Of a stretch of DNA of 64,000 nucleotides, positions 54,649 through 64,000 are shown piece after piece. Origin of the DNA: Clostridiales bacterium. GTDB taxonomy: Bacteria; Bacillota; Clostridia; Christensenellales; CAG-314. The notes below the pieces were generated by a model that did not search any database, was not told the origin of the DNA, and was given only the letters and a program-made list of their open reading frames with translations. The translations under genes were made by a program, and so were the position numbers. The stretch covers positions 597,841 to 661,840 of the forward strand of contig JAFLVK010000001.1 in the NCBI GenBank assembly GCA_022508345.1. The letters are read 5' to 3'. Position 1 is the stretch's first letter; every line of letters begins with the position of its first letter.

Positions 54649-55194
54649 CTAGCGTTCGTTTGGTTGGAGCGTAACCTTGTACAGCTCGCGGTAGCTTGCG
54701 CCCTGCTGCCCGAAAACACTTTCGTAAAGCACCACGTCGCAGGCGTAAAAGGGCATGTTGTACACTTTAACGCTCTTGGTTACCTCCGAAAAGGGCAACG
54801 TGAAGCTCTTTTTGCGAATGAGCGTTACGTGCGGACGGTATGCGCGGTGTTCCACTTCGAAGCCGCTTGATTCCAGCTTGTCGCCCAGCATGTCGTGCAG
54901 TGCAGTTAGCTCGGCATTCTGTCTTAGCTTGGCACACACGATGTCGCTTGCGCGTAGCATTGCAAATTGCGTTACTGCAAGCTCGGGTGCGGGCAAGTGG
55001 GCAATTTGGTCCATTGCACTTTGAATATATATCAGGTCACTCGGCTGGACGTTGCCAAGGAAGTGCAGCGTTATGTGAAAGTTGTCCTTTTTGACAAAGT
55101 TTCCGCCGCAGCTCAACTCGGCAAACTGATTTTGTGAGCGCTCAAGGTTATCTTTTGTTTTTTGCGGTAGTTCCAACGCAACAAATACTCTCAT
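54649..55194 (-). CDS. thpR: RNA 2',3'-cyclic phosphodiesterase (2H family, LigT/ThpR)
   Basis: 181 aa. Two HxT/S motifs (FHITLHFLG and PHVTLIRK). Confidence 0.85.
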   Translation of the reverse strand: MRVFVALELPQKTKDNLERSQNQFAELSCGGNFVKKDNFHITLHFLGNVQPSDLIYIQSAMDQIAHLPAPELAVTQFAMLRASDIVCAKLRQNAELTALHDMLGDKLESSGFEVEHRAYRPHVTLIRKKSFTLPFSEVTKSVKVYNMPFYACDVVLYESVFGQQGASYRELYKVTLQPNER

Positions 55195-55322
55195 ATTTCA
55201 CCTATGAGAGTATTGTAGCATAAAATAACATATTTTACAACCTCTCCGTCGTCCTTTCGGTCGACATCTCCTATTGTACGGGGAGGGCTTTGCTTTATAA
55301 AATAAAGTAAACATCCAGTAGG

Positions 55323-55447
55323 GGTGAGAGGTTAGAAACGAGGGAGACGAGGCGCACGCGGCTTGACCGACAGGAGTGTACTAGGCGTACATGACTGAGG
55401 ACAAACGCAAGTGCAACAATGTATGCCGATGCTTATAATCTCTCACC
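55323..55447 (-). repeat. intergenic structured repeat, copy D (full form)
   Basis: On the minus strand: outer helix ggtgagag/ctctcacc, core ttataagcatcggcatacattgtt, central hairpin cag-tca-tgtac-gccta-gtaca-ctc-ctg, end core ctcgtttctaa. It starts 2 nt after the peptidase stop. Confidence 0.75.
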
Positions 55448-55448
55448 T

Positions 55449-56933
55449 TTAGTCTGTTACTTTGCCGATGATTTCCTTGCCCTCAAGGAAGTTGCTGAAG
55501 ATGGAACCAATTTCCTTGCTGCTGGCATTTACAAAGCAAGCTACCATCATGCTTGGTTCGGCAACGGTGTATTGTCCTTCGTCGAAGTAGTTGGACAGCG
55601 CTTTCCAAAATCTTGCTGAGCCCATTGCTTCGTACACGCTGTTGAACATCAGGCTACCCTTGACGTAGGTAAATATTACGTATTCGTTGTCGTTTTTGTA
55701 TTCGTGCACGGCGCGCATGGATCTGTCCACGTCACCGTAGTAGTTGCTCAACACGTCAACGTAGGATGTGTAGGTCTGTATGCAGCCCATCATGCTTCTG
55801 TTGAGAGATTTGCCGCCTGCTGAATCCATGTACAGATAGGTTACGTATTCGCTCAAGCCCTCATCCATCCAGGCGTTGTTTATCTGGTCGTTGCCTATTA
55901 TGCCGTAAAACCACTGGTGCGCCGTTTCGTGTGCAATTGCCTCCTGGTAGGAGCTTGACCCGCTTGTTATCATTGTCAGGCAGGGGTATTCCATTCCGCC
56001 GTAGCAAAAGTCCGTTTCTACCACGCTGTATTGCGCGTAGGGATATTTGCCTACGTTCTTGTTGAGGTAGTCCAGCATTCCAACGGCTGTTGCAAGGCTG
56101 GTTTCGGCGTCGGCATCGGCGAAGTAGTAGTAATTTACCTGCGTGTCGCCCACTGTTGAAGTTAGCTTCTTGAAGTTTTGCGACAGTACAAAAGCAAAGT
56201 CGCGCACTGCGTTTGCCGAATAGGTGTAGGTTGCTGTGCCGTTTTGCGAACGCGCTTCTTCAAGATTACCTGTGGAGGCAACAATGTAGTTTTCGGGCAG
56301 TGTCAGCGAAACATTGTAGTTGGCTACGTCCGTAACAAATGGGTCGCCTACGTTGTAGTAGGGAGATGCGGTGTAGTTGCCGTTGTCGATGTGGCACAGC
56401 ACGGGGTAAAAGTTGCCCAGGTTAACTGCGTTGTCCGTGTATCCCAGGCGGTGCATGATGTTGGCTAGCGTCACCTCGTAGGTCATCTCCACCGTAACCT
56501 TTTGGTCGGGGAACAGCTCCGTGTTCAAGGGAACGGACAGTATGTCCATGTCCTGACCTTCGATGGTGTAGGCAACGGCGGTTCCGTCCACCTTTACGCT
56601 GTCAAATGCAATGTCGCCGTAGCTTTTGCCGTTGGGATATGCGCGTGCGACGTACACGTTGGGTACAACGCTATTTGCTGCATCCTCGCGGTATTGGTTT
56701 GCGTAAATGTGAAATAAAATCTTAGTAAAGCTGTTTTCACTGCGGTTGGTGAGCGTTACCGTTTGCGTAGCGGACAACACGTGCGCTTGATCGTCGTACG
56801 ATGCAACAATAGTGTAATTGTCGCCGTTTTTAGTTGCTTGCTTCATTTTGTCGTTTTTGCAAGCGACAAGTGTCAGGCATGCGCATGCAATCAGCAAGCA
56901 CACAACAAGTAGGATACACAAGATTCTCTTCAT
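55449..56933 (-). CDS. M1-family zinc aminopeptidase-like lipoprotein
   Basis: 494 aa. Lipobox LVAC. HETAHQW-x-WMDEG (HExxH-x18-E). Confidence 0.8.
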   Translation of the reverse strand: MKRILCILLVVCLLIACACLTLVACKNDKMKQATKNGDNYTIVASYDDQAHVLSATQTVTLTNRSENSFTKILFHIYANQYREDAANSVVPNVYVARAYPNGKSYGDIAFDSVKVDGTAVAYTIEGQDMDILSVPLNTELFPDQKVTVEMTYEVTLANIMHRLGYTDNAVNLGNFYPVLCHIDNGNYTASPYYNVGDPFVTDVANYNVSLTLPENYIVASTGNLEEARSQNGTATYTYSANAVRDFAFVLSQNFKKLTSTVGDTQVNYYYFADADAETSLATAVGMLDYLNKNVGKYPYAQYSVVETDFCYGGMEYPCLTMITSGSSSYQEAIAHETAHQWFYGIIGNDQINNAWMDEGLSEYVTYLYMDSAGGKSLNRSMMGCIQTYTSYVDVLSNYYGDVDRSMRAVHEYKNDNEYVIFTYVKGSLMFNSVYEAMGSARFWKALSNYFDEGQYTVAEPSMMVACFVNASSKEIGSIFSNFLEGKEIIGKVTD

Positions 56934-57205
56934 TGACTTCTCCCTAAAATATACTTTTCAGTTACAATCTTATGAGAGAGCGCCTTGCTTTATGCGAATA
57001 AAACATCTGTAATGCACAATTTGCTGTGTACTTTATTTGCAAAATTATCATATATTGTATATATACCTTTTAATAATGGTGCGGTTATTAGCGGCTAAAA
57101 GGCTCTCTTATACTAAATTTTGCTATAAAAGTCAATATTTTACGTCAATAAAAAAATAAAAATCCGTTTTTTCGCTTTTTAAACGTAAAAATTACTGTAA
57201 TTTTG

Positions 57206-57235
57206 TTGACTAATAGCAAATTTTTATGGTAAAAT
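57206..57235 (+). promoter_or_regulatory. promoter of the ABC transporter operon
   Basis: TTGACT, 18-nt spacer, extended -10 TGgTAAAAT. It leaves a leader of about 230 nt. Confidence 0.55.
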
Positions 57236-57473
57236 CTATCCATTATCAACTGAGAATAGTTAACTCGCCTTAAAATTTTTAAGTTTAACGGCTCCGAAGG
57301 TTCTCCAAGGTTGTACGATTAGCTTGAAATTTAATAGTGATTTATGCACTCGGAATGTACGGGCGGGAATTTGCACTTTTTCAGTGAGATAGTGTTACGC
57401 CTTGTTGCGGTCCGAGATTTTTTATTTCTCGGTGCATATAAAAAGAAAAACAATATATTATGGAGGAAAAACA

Positions 57474-60400
57474 ATGAAAAAATCTAAGATGATTGTTGCA
57501 TTGCTTATCGCTCTCATGATGGTATTTACGGTAGTTCTGTCTGCTTGTAACAAAGACAAACATACCCATACTTTCGCACAGGAGTGGAGTAGCAATAGCA
57601 CATATCACTGGCACAAAGCCACTTGCGAACACACAAGTGAAGTGTCCGACAGAGGAACTCACGAGTTGGATGGCAACAATGTTTGCAAGGTTTGTGGCAG
57701 AAACTCGTCATTGGACGAATATCGTAGCTACATTTCTGCTGACCTTGGCGATATCAAAAACGCTATCGGTTCGGTAAGCACTACTGTAGACGCAGCAGTT
57801 AATGAGGCTTACAATGCAGGTCTCGAAGCAATTCAAAGCGCAAACACTGTTTCTGCAATCAAATCAGCTTACGACAATGCAAAGAGTGCTATGGTACACT
57901 GTGTTCCTTTGGCTAGCGGTATTTATGACTACACAGGTCTGTCCCAAGCTGGTAAGACGGAAATTCTTGGTTTGTTGGAATCTTACGCTGTTCGTACAGG
58001 TTTGACAGGCGTTTCTCTGTTTGAAAACGGTTCTTACGTAATGTACAATCCCCGCGTAACTCTCGGTACAGAGAACTACATCACAGGTTACGGCTTCGGT
58101 GTGTTGAGTGAAGGTGCTATTACAGCAGATCTTACTTACGAGCAAACTCAAGCTTGGAAGAGATACTATCACTCTCTCAACTCACAAGACCCTGGTGGAA
58201 TGAACACTCTTAACGATAAGGGCTCTGAAACAGACGACTTCTACAGCTACGTTGCAGCAAGCTATTACACAGTGTTCATGAACGCAACCAAGGACGGTTA
58301 TGATTGGGTTCCCGAGCTTGCAGCAGGCGAAGTTGAACCTGTTGGCGCATTGAACGAATCAGGTCAAACAAATCACTGGAGATTTGAGATCCGTCAAGGT
58401 TTGAAGTACAGCACACTTGGTAAGTATGCAAATGAGTACAATGACCTTGAAGTACAACCCGAAGACTTCATTACTCCGTTCAAACTTTTGCTCAACCAAG
58501 GAAACAACTACTATCGCGGTACTTCATTGGCAAATAGCACAGGCGCAAGCACAATTGCTGGTGCAAAGACTTACTACAATGCAACCGCAGGTAAACGTAA
58601 AGGTATCCTGACTGAAGAAGAACAGAAATTTGAAGATGTTGTTGGCGTAAAGGTTGTTAAAGAAGGTGACAAGTGGTACTTCGACTATACTCTTGGCGCA
58701 AATGTTACAGCTTGGTATGCTAGATACTACATCAGCAGCAGCCTGTATATGCCCATTCCTGCATCTTTCATTGAAAAAGTAGGCGTTGACGCTTACCTTG
58801 GTTTCACAACCAACGGAAGTGATTCTCCCGTTGACAACACCTTGTCACTTGGTGCTTACACGCTTGAAAGATGGGATAGCAACCAACAGATTGTTTACAA
58901 GAAGAATACTAACTACGTATATTCAGATAGCAAGTATTCTATTGAAGGCGTTCACATCAACATTGTTCCCGGCACACTGACCAATCCTAACCTTGCATTT
59001 GAAGAATACCTTGCAGGTCACATTGACGCAGCGTCCATTCCTCAAGATTATCTTGAAGAATATGCTAACAAGCCGGAAACTCGTAGAACAACCGGTAACA
59101 ACGTGTTCAAGCTTAACATGAACGCTTTGAATGCACAAGACTGGGATTACTTCTTTGGTGCAAACGGTAGTATTACACAAACACCTACGAGCAAACGTTG
59201 GGTAGTTGAGCCTGCAATGAGCAATGCTCACTTCCGTAGTGCATTGAGCTTCGCTCTGAACAGAAACGAATTTGGTGTAAACATTGGACGTGTATCTACA
59301 GTTAACTACTTCTCAAGTAACTACATGTCCGACCCCGAAAACGGTATTGCTTACAACACAACTGAAGCGCATAAGAGAGCTATCAGTGGTTTGATTAACG
59401 ACGATACGGATGAAAACGGATATTCACTGGAGCTTGCAAGAGACTACTTCCGTATGGCTATTCAGGAATTGGAAGCTGAAGGACTGTACACTCGTGGCAC
59501 TCCGCAAAATCCCACTAAGATCCAAATCGAAATTGCTTGGCAGACTCCTAGTAACGAAGAGCAATATCATAAGTATGTAAAACAATACTGGGAAGATGCA
59601 TTCAACGATGTATCCGTAACAGGCGGTTGCTATCAACTGGAAGTAGTGTTCTGGGTAGGTAACAGCTGGGACGATGTTTACTACAACAAGATGATGGTCG
59701 GTCAATTCGACGTTGCATTCGGTTCCATTTCCGGTAACTCTCAAGACCCACTTGGATTCATGGAAGTTTTGTCTGCAAACCAAACCATCTCCGGCGACAT
59801 GACGTTGAACTGGGCAGTTGATACAAACGATCCTTATGCAGACGTTCTTGTTTACAACGGACTTCTTTGGTCATATGATGCTTTGCATCAATCTACACAA
59901 CAAGCTACCAAGGTTGTTGGCGGTAAGTTGGTACAATACATTGCACCCGATAACGCTGGATTCGAATTTGACCAAGACAGAGAAAACCTTCTCACAACAA
60001 TCACCATTGATGTTGCTGACGGTGTTGTAATTGATGAAATCACCTTCCTTCTTTATGGTGTACTTGGCGGTGATGATTACATGAATGTACTTGATGTTAT
60101 TGGTGACCCCGTTGCCGGTAACGGTACACTTACCTACTCACTGTCTATCTCTGTAGAAGAATTGCTTACACTCGACCCAGGTTACTTTGCCGACTACACA
60201 TCAATTTTGGTATACGTTTCGTACCATGTACCGGCAGACAACATCGAAGTTGAAGACCTGTTGCTCAAACAATACTCAGTTGAGATTGCAAGCAGCTACG
60301 GTTTGTCTACAGTAGTTGAGAATGACGATTCCTTCACAGTAAGCGTAGATATGAAGCTTACTAAGGGCGTAACGATTGATGACATATACTTCACATTCGA

Positions 60401-60692
60401 GGGTTATACCGAGGATCTTGATTGGGGTTATGTGCTTCTTGAAGACTTCGACGTTACTGAAGGCGAAGGTTACATCACAATTACCTTCACGGTTAGTAAG
60501 TCGGCACTTGAAGAATCCGGAATCAGCGGTGAAGTAGTTCCTCATCCGACTCAACAAGGTAAATTTGTAGACCTTTCCGGTTATCAATCTCTCTATGCTT
60601 ACGTGGTACTTGATGATGCTGGAGAAGTTGAGTTCAATACAGCTTATTGGAATATGGTTCTTGTCCAACCTGCACCTGTACAAGCTGAGTAG
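57474..60692 (+). CDS. oversized family-5 (Opp/Dpp-type) ABC substrate-binding lipoprotein
   Basis: 1072 aa from the ATG after ggagg. Lipobox LSAC. The assignment rests mainly on context with the OppB/C/D-like genes and on the central SBP_bac_5-like region. Confidence 0.6.
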   Translation: MKKSKMIVALLIALMMVFTVVLSACNKDKHTHTFAQEWSSNSTYHWHKATCEHTSEVSDRGTHELDGNNVCKVCGRNSSLDEYRSYISADLGDIKNAIGSVSTTVDAAVNEAYNAGLEAIQSANTVSAIKSAYDNAKSAMVHCVPLASGIYDYTGLSQAGKTEILGLLESYAVRTGLTGVSLFENGSYVMYNPRVTLGTENYITGYGFGVLSEGAITADLTYEQTQAWKRYYHSLNSQDPGGMNTLNDKGSETDDFYSYVAASYYTVFMNATKDGYDWVPELAAGEVEPVGALNESGQTNHWRFEIRQGLKYSTLGKYANEYNDLEVQPEDFITPFKLLLNQGNNYYRGTSLANSTGASTIAGAKTYYNATAGKRKGILTEEEQKFEDVVGVKVVKEGDKWYFDYTLGANVTAWYARYYISSSLYMPIPASFIEKVGVDAYLGFTTNGSDSPVDNTLSLGAYTLERWDSNQQIVYKKNTNYVYSDSKYSIEGVHINIVPGTLTNPNLAFEEYLAGHIDAASIPQDYLEEYANKPETRRTTGNNVFKLNMNALNAQDWDYFFGANGSITQTPTSKRWVVEPAMSNAHFRSALSFALNRNEFGVNIGRVSTVNYFSSNYMSDPENGIAYNTTEAHKRAISGLINDDTDENGYSLELARDYFRMAIQELEAEGLYTRGTPQNPTKIQIEIAWQTPSNEEQYHKYVKQYWEDAFNDVSVTGGCYQLEVVFWVGNSWDDVYYNKMMVGQFDVAFGSISGNSQDPLGFMEVLSANQTISGDMTLNWAVDTNDPYADVLVYNGLLWSYDALHQSTQQATKVVGGKLVQYIAPDNAGFEFDQDRENLLTTITIDVADGVVIDEITFLLYGVLGGDDYMNVLDVIGDPVAGNGTLTYSLSISVEELLTLDPGYFADYTSILVYVSYHVPADNIEVEDLLLKQYSVEIASSYGLSTVVENDDSFTVSVDMKLTKGVTIDDIYFTFEGYTEDLDWGYVLLEDFDVTEGEGYITITFTVSKSALEESGISGEVVPHPTQQGKFVDLSGYQSLYAYVVLDDAGEVEFNTAYWNMVLVQPAPVQAE

Positions 60693-60726
60693 AGATAAGT
60701 TTTATTAACTTAAAAAGTTTGACAAT

Positions 60727-60758
60727 GTTGCCCGACCCGACTTGTCGGGTCGGGCAAC
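60727..60758 (+). other. GC-rich perfect hairpin between the SBP and permease genes (no T-run)
   Basis: gttgcccgacccgac / gtcgggtcgggcaac, 14-15 bp. Confidence 0.6.
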
Positions 60759-60890
60759 TGACAAACTGACTGTGATGGGCTTAAATAACATTAAGCCTTA
60801 TCGTTTTATTTAACAATATCCACAATGCAACGAATTTCAATGTGATGTGTGTCACATTGAACTTGGTTACATTGAAAAGGAGAAATACTT

Positions 60891-61928
60891 ATGTGGAAAT
60901 ACATAGCAAAAAGAATATTATTAGCGCTTTTAACAGCTTTTATTATTCTGTCACTGACATTTATATTGATAAAGCTACTGCCGGTACAAAGGTTTTTGGG
61001 AACGACAGAACAGCGTACAGCATACTACGAAAATGAAGTACGTTTGGGATATCTGTATTCGTCTGATGCGGAAATAGACGGTATAGACTACGCAGACAAG
61101 ATAACCTACGATGACGGCTCAGTGAAGTATTACTACAAGACGCCTGTTATGCAGCAGTACTTCAACTGGCTTGGTAATATTGTCACCAAGTGGGACTGGG
61201 GTAAGTCCGTGGAGATCAAACCCAACGTGGATGTTACTGTTATCATTGGAGAGCGTATAGGCACTTCAATGAAGCTCAACATCATTTCTGTAATATTCTC
61301 GGTACCTATCGGTATTGCATTGGGTATTTGGGCTGCGCTTAAGAAGAACTCGTTGACGGACCATATCATTTCAACAATTGTTATGGTGTTTATAGCATTG
61401 CCAGGATTTGTATTGATAACCTTCCTGATGCTGATGCTGTGTTACAGAAACGCTATTCTGCCATCACAGTGGCCCAATCCTACCGACCCGACTTCAAGAA
61501 AGGTGTTAGGTTACATATTGCCCGTCTTTTGTCTTTCATTCAGTTCCATTTGCGGTTACTGCCGTTTTGTTAGGGCAGAGCTGTGCGAGGTTATGGAAAG
61601 CGAATACCTGCTGCTTGCACGCACCAAGGGCTTAACGCGCGGCCAGGCAATCGTACGCCACGCATTGAAAAACGCAATGGTGCCGATCTTCCCATCCATT
61701 ATCGCTGAGTTTCTTAGTATCATGGGTGGCTCGATGATTTTGGAGGGGTTGTACGGTATCCCGGGAATCGGCGACTTGTTTATTAAATCAATGTCTGCAA
61801 GTGCACCGGACTACAGCGTGCTCTTCGTTGATATGGCAATATTTACTACATTTGGACTGCTTGCGGGCGTGTTGCTTGACATGTCCTACGGATTTATAGA
61901 TCCTAGAATACGTATGGGGGCGAGATAA
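60891..61928 (+). CDS. ABC transporter permease (OppB/DppB-like)
   Basis: 345 aa. Typical N-terminus KYIAKRILLALLTAFIILSLTF and an EAA-like region LLARTKGLTRGQAIVRHALKNA. Confidence 0.85.
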   Translation: MWKYIAKRILLALLTAFIILSLTFILIKLLPVQRFLGTTEQRTAYYENEVRLGYLYSSDAEIDGIDYADKITYDDGSVKYYYKTPVMQQYFNWLGNIVTKWDWGKSVEIKPNVDVTVIIGERIGTSMKLNIISVIFSVPIGIALGIWAALKKNSLTDHIISTIVMVFIALPGFVLITFLMLMLCYRNAILPSQWPNPTDPTSRKVLGYILPVFCLSFSSICGYCRFVRAELCEVMESEYLLLARTKGLTRGQAIVRHALKNAMVPIFPSIIAEFLSIMGGSMILEGLYGIPGIGDLFIKSMSASAPDYSVLFVDMAIFTTFGLLAGVLLDMSYGFIDPRIRMGAR

Positions 61929-61929
61929 T

Positions 61930-63816
61930 ATGAACAAACAACAATTTGAACAATTTAACTCCATCCCAAAGGAAAAATTTGCCTTTGCAACGCAGAGCGA
62001 AAAGCTTCATGACAAAAAATTAGACACAAAACCCACTACATTTGCGCGTGACAGCTTCAAGCGTTTTTGCAAAAACAAGGCATCAGTTGCGGCATCAATC
62101 ATTCTTGGTATTATCATTTTGTTGGCCATTTTTGTGCCTGTTTTCTCCTCGTACGGCATTGATAGAGTTAGCGCTGCCGAACGGTTCCTCGAGCCTAAAT
62201 TGTTCGAGGCAGGTACAGGCTTTTGGGACGGTACGAAAAAGTATACCAATATGGTTTACGACATTGACAATGAAGTTCCTGCGGGAATGTACAAACCTGC
62301 CGTGATGAATCTTGTTGTTGACAGCGAACCTGTGTTGTCTAACCAAGCATCAACCTACGGCAGGGGAGGATACGTCATATTTGAAAATCAGACATCAAAC
62401 GGCTCGACTATCAACATGCTTACATCTGATACTTTTGCTGTTACTGCATCTGGCAACTATTCGGTAACGCTTGACTTCGGTGATACGGATAATGTTGGCG
62501 AAAGCAAGCTGGGAGAATACCGCATATACCTGAGTGGTGGCGATGAACCGGTGGTGCTTAGAGATTGGTCGCGTAACTACAGCGACGCTACATTTAACAT
62601 TAGCAACGCTTTGACAACTGCCAATTTGGATGTGATTGCAAATGCCCGCCTTGTATTTGAACTGAAGTCTGAGGTAAATGTAAATAGCTACATTTTGATA
62701 AAAAGCTGTGTGTTTACCGCTAATGAAGGTGTGTCCAATTTGGAGCGTCTGACTACCGTTGGTTTTACTGACGCTACGCAGATGGTGCTGATTGCAAAAG
62801 ATGAAATGGGTAATTTCCCAGACGGTTACTGGTCCTGCACAGGTAGAAAGGGTGTGTATGCATCGGCTGTATATTACTGCTCCTTCACCTATGACACGTA
62901 TGCTGCCGTTTACGATCAAACTGAAGTGGTGTATGCGAAGTCGGACCTTGAAAGATTTGAGGCAGAGGGCTTGTGCGAATACGATCCCGCTATCGGCCCC
63001 GAATCATTTGTAAGATTATCGGACAAGTGCCCCATTGACAGCATTGTCTCGCAAAAGCTGAATTCCCGTACGGGACAACTGATTGAGGTTACTGCGTTAA
63101 GCTACCGTTACAGACAAATGGGATACAGCAAGATGCCTAAATTTATTTTCGGAACGGATAGCAGCGGTATTGACCTGTTTACCCGTATGTTCCAAGGCTT
63201 ACGCACGTCACTTGTATTGGGTGTTTGTACATTTGCATTCTGTTTTATGTTCGGTCTTGTGTGGGGAGCTATCTCCGGATACTTCGGTGGCGCAGTGGAC
63301 CTTGCAATGGAACGGTTTACAGATATCCTAGGCGGTGTACCTTGGATAGTGGTTATGACTTTGTGTATCTTGCACCTAGGCAACAACTTCTTTACATTCT
63401 TCCTGGCGCTGTGTTTGACAGGTTGGATGGGTACGGCAGGACGTACAAGAACGCAGTTCTATCGCTTCAAGGGTATGGAACACGTATTGGCTGCAAGAAC
63501 CCTTGGCGCAAGCGACTGGCGATTGATTTTCAAGCACATTTTGCCTAACTCACTGGGTACAATCATTACCTCTGCGGTATTGATGATCCCCAGCGTAATA
63601 TTCAGTGAGGCAACATTGGCGTACTTGAACCTCGGTTTGCAGGGCGTAGCATCATTTGGTGTTTTGCTGTCCAACAACCAACAGTATCTTCAATCGCACT
63701 CCTACTTGATAATTATTCCGTCAGTAGTCATGGCGCTGCTTATGATAAGCTTCAACCTGTTCGGTAACGGCCTCAGAGACGCGGTCAACCCGACATTAAA
63801 GGGATCGGAGGGATAA
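61930..63816 (+). CDS. ABC transporter permease (OppC/DppC-like) with a ~350-400 aa extracytoplasmic insertion after TM1
   Basis: 628 aa. The C-terminal third has GTDSSGIDLFTRMFQGLRTSL and the permease core. Confidence 0.8.
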   Translation: MNKQQFEQFNSIPKEKFAFATQSEKLHDKKLDTKPTTFARDSFKRFCKNKASVAASIILGIIILLAIFVPVFSSYGIDRVSAAERFLEPKLFEAGTGFWDGTKKYTNMVYDIDNEVPAGMYKPAVMNLVVDSEPVLSNQASTYGRGGYVIFENQTSNGSTINMLTSDTFAVTASGNYSVTLDFGDTDNVGESKLGEYRIYLSGGDEPVVLRDWSRNYSDATFNISNALTTANLDVIANARLVFELKSEVNVNSYILIKSCVFTANEGVSNLERLTTVGFTDATQMVLIAKDEMGNFPDGYWSCTGRKGVYASAVYYCSFTYDTYAAVYDQTEVVYAKSDLERFEAEGLCEYDPAIGPESFVRLSDKCPIDSIVSQKLNSRTGQLIEVTALSYRYRQMGYSKMPKFIFGTDSSGIDLFTRMFQGLRTSLVLGVCTFAFCFMFGLVWGAISGYFGGAVDLAMERFTDILGGVPWIVVMTLCILHLGNNFFTFFLALCLTGWMGTAGRTRTQFYRFKGMEHVLAARTLGASDWRLIFKHILPNSLGTIITSAVLMIPSVIFSEATLAYLNLGLQGVASFGVLLSNNQQYLQSHSYLIIIPSVVMALLMISFNLFGNGLRDAVNPTLKGSEG

Positions 63817-63817
63817 T

Positions 63818-64000
63818 ATGGAAAAGAAATTAGAAGTTAAAAATTTAAGAATATCCTTCCGTACCGATGCCGGTAAGGTACAGGCGGTTCGCGACATCAG
63901 CTTTGACCTGTACAAGGGCGAAACGCTGGCAATCGTTGGTGAATCCGGTAGCGGAAAGTCGGTTACAAACCGAGCTATTATTGGAATACTTGCCAACAAT
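63818..64000 (+). CDS. ABC transporter ATP-binding protein (OppD-like), 3' end cut by window edge
   Basis: LEVKNLRISF...GETLAIVGESGSGKS (Walker A). Confidence 0.85.
   Translation, partial: MEKKLEVKNLRISFRTDAGKVQAVRDISFDLYKGETLAIVGESGSGKSVTNRAIIGILANN

Overview
Chromosomal window from a Bacillota (Clostridia-like) bacterium: mid-GC by eye, CCA-encoding tRNAs, AGGAGG-type RBSs and TGnTAcAAT extended -10 promoters. There are about 50 genes. Housekeeping genes include leuS, cysK, trpS, nrdD, a trxB-like gene, trkA/trkH, a DnaB/DnaD-like plus DnaI-like loader pair, rluA and thpR. There are also many large secreted lipoproteins and metallopeptidases, and an Opp-like ABC transporter. Four tRNA genes are present (initiator Met, Ser-GGA, Arg-ACG, Thr-GGT). 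Unusual content: (1) Directly after the initiator tRNA lies a colinear tRNA-fMet-derived mosaic. It is interrupted by three structured 44-55 nt insertions, two of them at the same GCTC^AT junction. An inverted copy of the tRNA 5' end precedes it, and it borders a low-GC islet encoding a DUF262/DUF1524 (GmrSD-like) nuclease. (2) A ~1.7-kb low-GC AbiH cassette is integrated at the 3' end of trxB. It is bounded by 56-bp direct repeats, terminal inverted repeats and a nested second repeat pair, and has no recombinase gene. (3) A TIR-domain protein is translationally coupled to an inositol-monophosphatase-family gene. (4) A ferredoxin gene is followed by NrdD with a fused C-terminal CxxC thioredoxin-fold domain, then a TrxB-like flavoprotein lacking the NADPH HRR motif. 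(5) A dispersed ~100-120 nt intergenic element with covarying helices occurs in 3 clear copies plus 1 divergent copy. (6) One cluster combines a P-loop-less Rad50/SbcC-like coiled-coil protein, a YdjI-like SPFH protein, a TM-fused YidD and a zinc-ribbon beta-propeller protein. I saw no CRISPR array, rRNA, transposase or integrase gene. All domain calls rest on motif recognition from the translations; no database search was possible.
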